Notes under the pieces: generated by a model
What the model was told of the DNA's origin: nothing
What the model saw: the letters and a program-made list of their open reading frames with translations, nothing else
The model's database searches: none
Shown here: piece by piece, positions 62,301 through 64,000 of the stretch
Layout of the letters: each line of letters starts with the position of its first letter
Numbering within the stretch: position 1 is the first letter of the stretch
NCBI GenBank assembly: GCA_963665235.2
Contig: CAXXLX010000001.1
Location: 3,744,001-3,808,000, forward strand
DNA length: 64,000 bases
Source of the DNA: Candidatus Poribacteria bacterium
GTDB lineage: Bacteria > Poribacteria > WGA-4E > WGA-3G
Direction of reading: 5' to 3'
Translations under genes and position numbers: made by a program

Positions 62301-64000
62301 GAAGTGCCGCTTTAAATGATTTTTCAGCGGCCTCTAATTCATTTTTCTCGAAATAGAGCTTTGCCAATTCGTGATAAACTGTGCTCTCGCCCGGTGCAAG
62401 TTCAATCGATTTTTCGTAAGCAGTAATAGCGTCATCGGTTTGGCCATCAGCAACGTATAATTGTGCAAGTCGGGTATAATGCAGGCCGACCTTAGGGTTA
62501 TCCTTTATGTAGTCCTGTGCAAGTTTAATGGCTTCAGGAATTTTTCGTGCGGCGCGATATGCTCCGACGAGCCCATCCTGATACCTTGTATTCACTGGGT
62601 CTTGCTGAATTAACATATTCCAAATTTCTATAGCTGCATCGTGTTGATTCTGCGTGGTGTAAAGGGATGCAAGTTGTGCTTGAGACTCAAGGTCTTCGGG
62701 CACTGTCTCAAGAATTTGCTTGTAGGTTTCTATGGCTTCAGGTGTTTCATTGCGGTTCACGTGTTCCTGTGCTTTTGAACGTAGAAACCCAACGTTCATG
62801 CGAGCTATCGGTTTTTCCGCATCGGTTGTAGCATCCGAGCCATCACGATTGCCTCTGATTTTCAGGAGCTGTTGTTGTGCGCGTTCTCGGTGACGGTGGT
62901 CTACTGATAGGTCGTTAGTAAGGTCGGTCAATAGGACTTTAGCCTCATCCCACATTTCGTGTTCCATGTAGGTCCGGACGATTGATTCCTTTTGCCAATA
63001 GACTGACCCACTCCGTTGTTCCATGAGTCGGAGCGTGCCCATTTTACGGATAGCATTTCGAGCCTTCTCCTTCTCTCCCTTTTCGGAATAGACAGTGCCA
63101 AGTCTTCGGTAGATGCTTGAAAGATGACTTGCGTCGCGTAGGTTAACTTTTGCAATTGAGGCTTCATGCAGTCGAAGTTCCCGGTCCGGTTGAGATTTAT
63201 CACGGTACATACTTGCTAATGTATCTAACCACCGTAATCGGACATCTGTTGGGATAACCTCAAGGAGTTTATCGACAAGTGAATCTGCCGTTTTGACATC
63301 ATCTGTCAAGATTTTCAGGACTGAGAGGAGATATAAGGTGGAGGGGTCCGCCGCCTTTTCCATGAGTTTTGCCTCATGCGCTGCTGTCAAGTTTTTGAGG
63401 TCATCTAGTGTTTCGTTGAATTCGGACATCTTCCGTATCACCTGTACTTGTACATCCACGGAGTCAGTTTTCACCCTTTTGCGTAAGAGTTCAATGACTT
63501 TTTCACGTTCTCCCGTATTGATGTATGCGGATACTAAGTTTTCATGTACTACGGAGTCTAATCCCAATTCAAGCATCTTTTCGTAGATGTCAATTGCGGG
63601 TTTGGGGTTTTTACTTTGTATAAAGTGCCGTGCGACCCGCCGCGCAAATTCATTGCGGTACCCGTACGGTGTTTTTTCATCAATCATATCCTTGACGACC
63701 GAAACGAGTTGGTTAATTTCGCCTGCTTGGATAAAAATTTTTATCATATTGTCATAGTAGTAATAGGTGCGTTGAAGTGTGTCCGGATTTTCTCTTAAGA
63801 GAATAGCGTATTGTTCAACAGCCTTTTTGACCTGTCCACTTTGCTGCAACATAGCGGCGTAATTATCTCGGAGGTTTCCATCATTGGGTCGGAGTGCAAC
63901 TGCTGCTTTATACGTCTCGGCGGCTTTTGCGAGCTGATTTCTCCCTTTGTAGAACACCGCCAAGTTTTCTAGGGATTTTGCGGTGGGATTTTTTTCTGCG
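59377..64000 (-). CDS. Very large TPR protein with a C-terminal PA14/jelly-roll-like domain (5' end beyond the window)
   Basis: Many TPR repeats; LGPF...SDDQGKVWLNG...GKNTVMVK at the C-terminus. Confidence 0.9.
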   Translation of the reverse strand, partial: AEKNPTAKSLENLAVFYKGRNQLAKAAETYKAAVALRPNDGNLRDNYAAMLQQSGQVKKAVEQYAILLRENPDTLQRTYYYYDNMIKIFIQAGEINQLVSVVKDMIDEKTPYGYRNEFARRVARHFIQSKNPKPAIDIYEKMLELGLDSVVHENLVSAYINTGEREKVIELLRKRVKTDSVDVQVQVIRKMSEFNETLDDLKNLTAAHEAKLMEKAADPSTLYLLSVLKILTDDVKTADSLVDKLLEVIPTDVRLRWLDTLASMYRDKSQPDRELRLHEASIAKVNLRDASHLSSIYRRLGTVYSEKGEKEKARNAIRKMGTLRLMEQRSGSVYWQKESIVRTYMEHEMWDEAKVLLTDLTNDLSVDHRHRERAQQQLLKIRGNRDGSDATTDAEKPIARMNVGFLRSKAQEHVNRNETPEAIETYKQILETVPEDLESQAQLASLYTTQNQHDAAIEIWNMLIQQDPVNTRYQDGLVGAYRAARKIPEAIKLAQDYIKDNPKVGLHYTRLAQLYVADGQTDDAITAYEKSIELAPGESTVYHELAKLYFEKNELEAAEKSFKAALQYAGQSRNRKEIEAQLLQLYQRQGKFEAVLKQAEEQGTLTFDMQKQRASIYRTEGKTEKAITAYKKALGMATSTYERRDVNRELMDIYSSLGKLEEYLKEAEEQGILTFEMQKNIADRYRHTGELEKAAKAYQRALELTTESHWRHQIERQIMDLYRQSGKMAEFLEEAEKAGTITYDMQMELAQHYSQKRQSEKAVEAFKKARNMTTDSSDREDISKFLMLEYARLGNSELAVKLYEEVALAEANDPNNLSISYYSGLEGFKVHFPGDEMREILSRTYLSTGQLNQLQAIFEAKLEKTPETKHILEGVAEIYRRSNNHEKAAEVYQKLSEVAPSNVHYFYYAAASLNKIGKVELATEFLNRGTQALPKSPWKDKVTLPCGLGSICFQNKMYSPAIALFKEAVKMIEADKLNRTNNKWKLQHLYELLGECYLRTEQYEEAVTAYQQLADISPNDKERAEKAIKQAYRDGNLHEKRIPEQRKKVEANPDDIDARLALAQTYELSNKVDEAIAQYLKISALQPDVVKWHRTVGGLYERSNQTDRNERLAKAAAAYEKALGLEPNSFELYDLLAKTHRNRDNSAEAAAVYRRALEAPLTSEEQDLAVKAILELTETDKRIAVLEELSTKTAQSVLLYKLLGDTYIESGNAEKAAQAYTQWLEIRQREEDHQHGADYHQLAQQLLNKNVIPELALRLAKLAANNRADSTYLFTLGHAYLANEQYENALEQFQRSLNLSSQSGRLRGNPVEQLLKRVAEAGKHVKDKNGYVEMIGKLIETIPEPVGDKVNANLTLAEFCRELGMTDAAKTYVQKAGFFPETLWVTLGPFDNTKGRGYNTAYIPEETGQIDTSAKYDGVDGQVSWKQGNDKTFDGFFSFGDDEKQLVAYAYISFTAPEEREAHIKFDSDDQGKVWLNGKKVYAHRRTRGAQIDRRTIPVTLIAGKNTVMVKVCNETLPWGFYLRITDTEGNPFADLKLAE

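Overview
Bacterial DNA with dense coding. The gene content suggests Candidatus Poribacteria or a similar symbiont (inference, not verified): six PhyH dioxygenases, four Gfo/Idh/MocA oxidoreductases, a sulfatase-like protein, an FGE/SUMF1 protein, TPR and WD40 proteins, Rpn genes and a PorV-like gene. Housekeeping genes are nagB, thiD, glyA, folC, hppA and ilvD. A defence-like island (about 11.6-20.4 kb) holds an Rpn gene, an orphan type III restriction (Res) subunit, a TPR gene and chimeric toxin-antitoxin genes. The most notable items are: (1) a ~450-bp protein-free element with IS200/IS605-type ends that encloses a densely structured putative ncRNA and sits in the 3' end of res; (2) a bacterial fusion of a full tRNA-guanine transglycosylase domain to an archaeosine-synthase (ArcS/DUF5591)-like domain; (3) several MITE 'shells' carrying variable-copy REP hairpin arrays, including a nested insertion with a clean target-site duplication; (4) Rpn genes and remnants that all keep an internal RBS and start codon for the small C-terminal domain. 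No rRNA, tRNA or CRISPR array was recognised. All calls come from reading the sequence only; no database searches were run.
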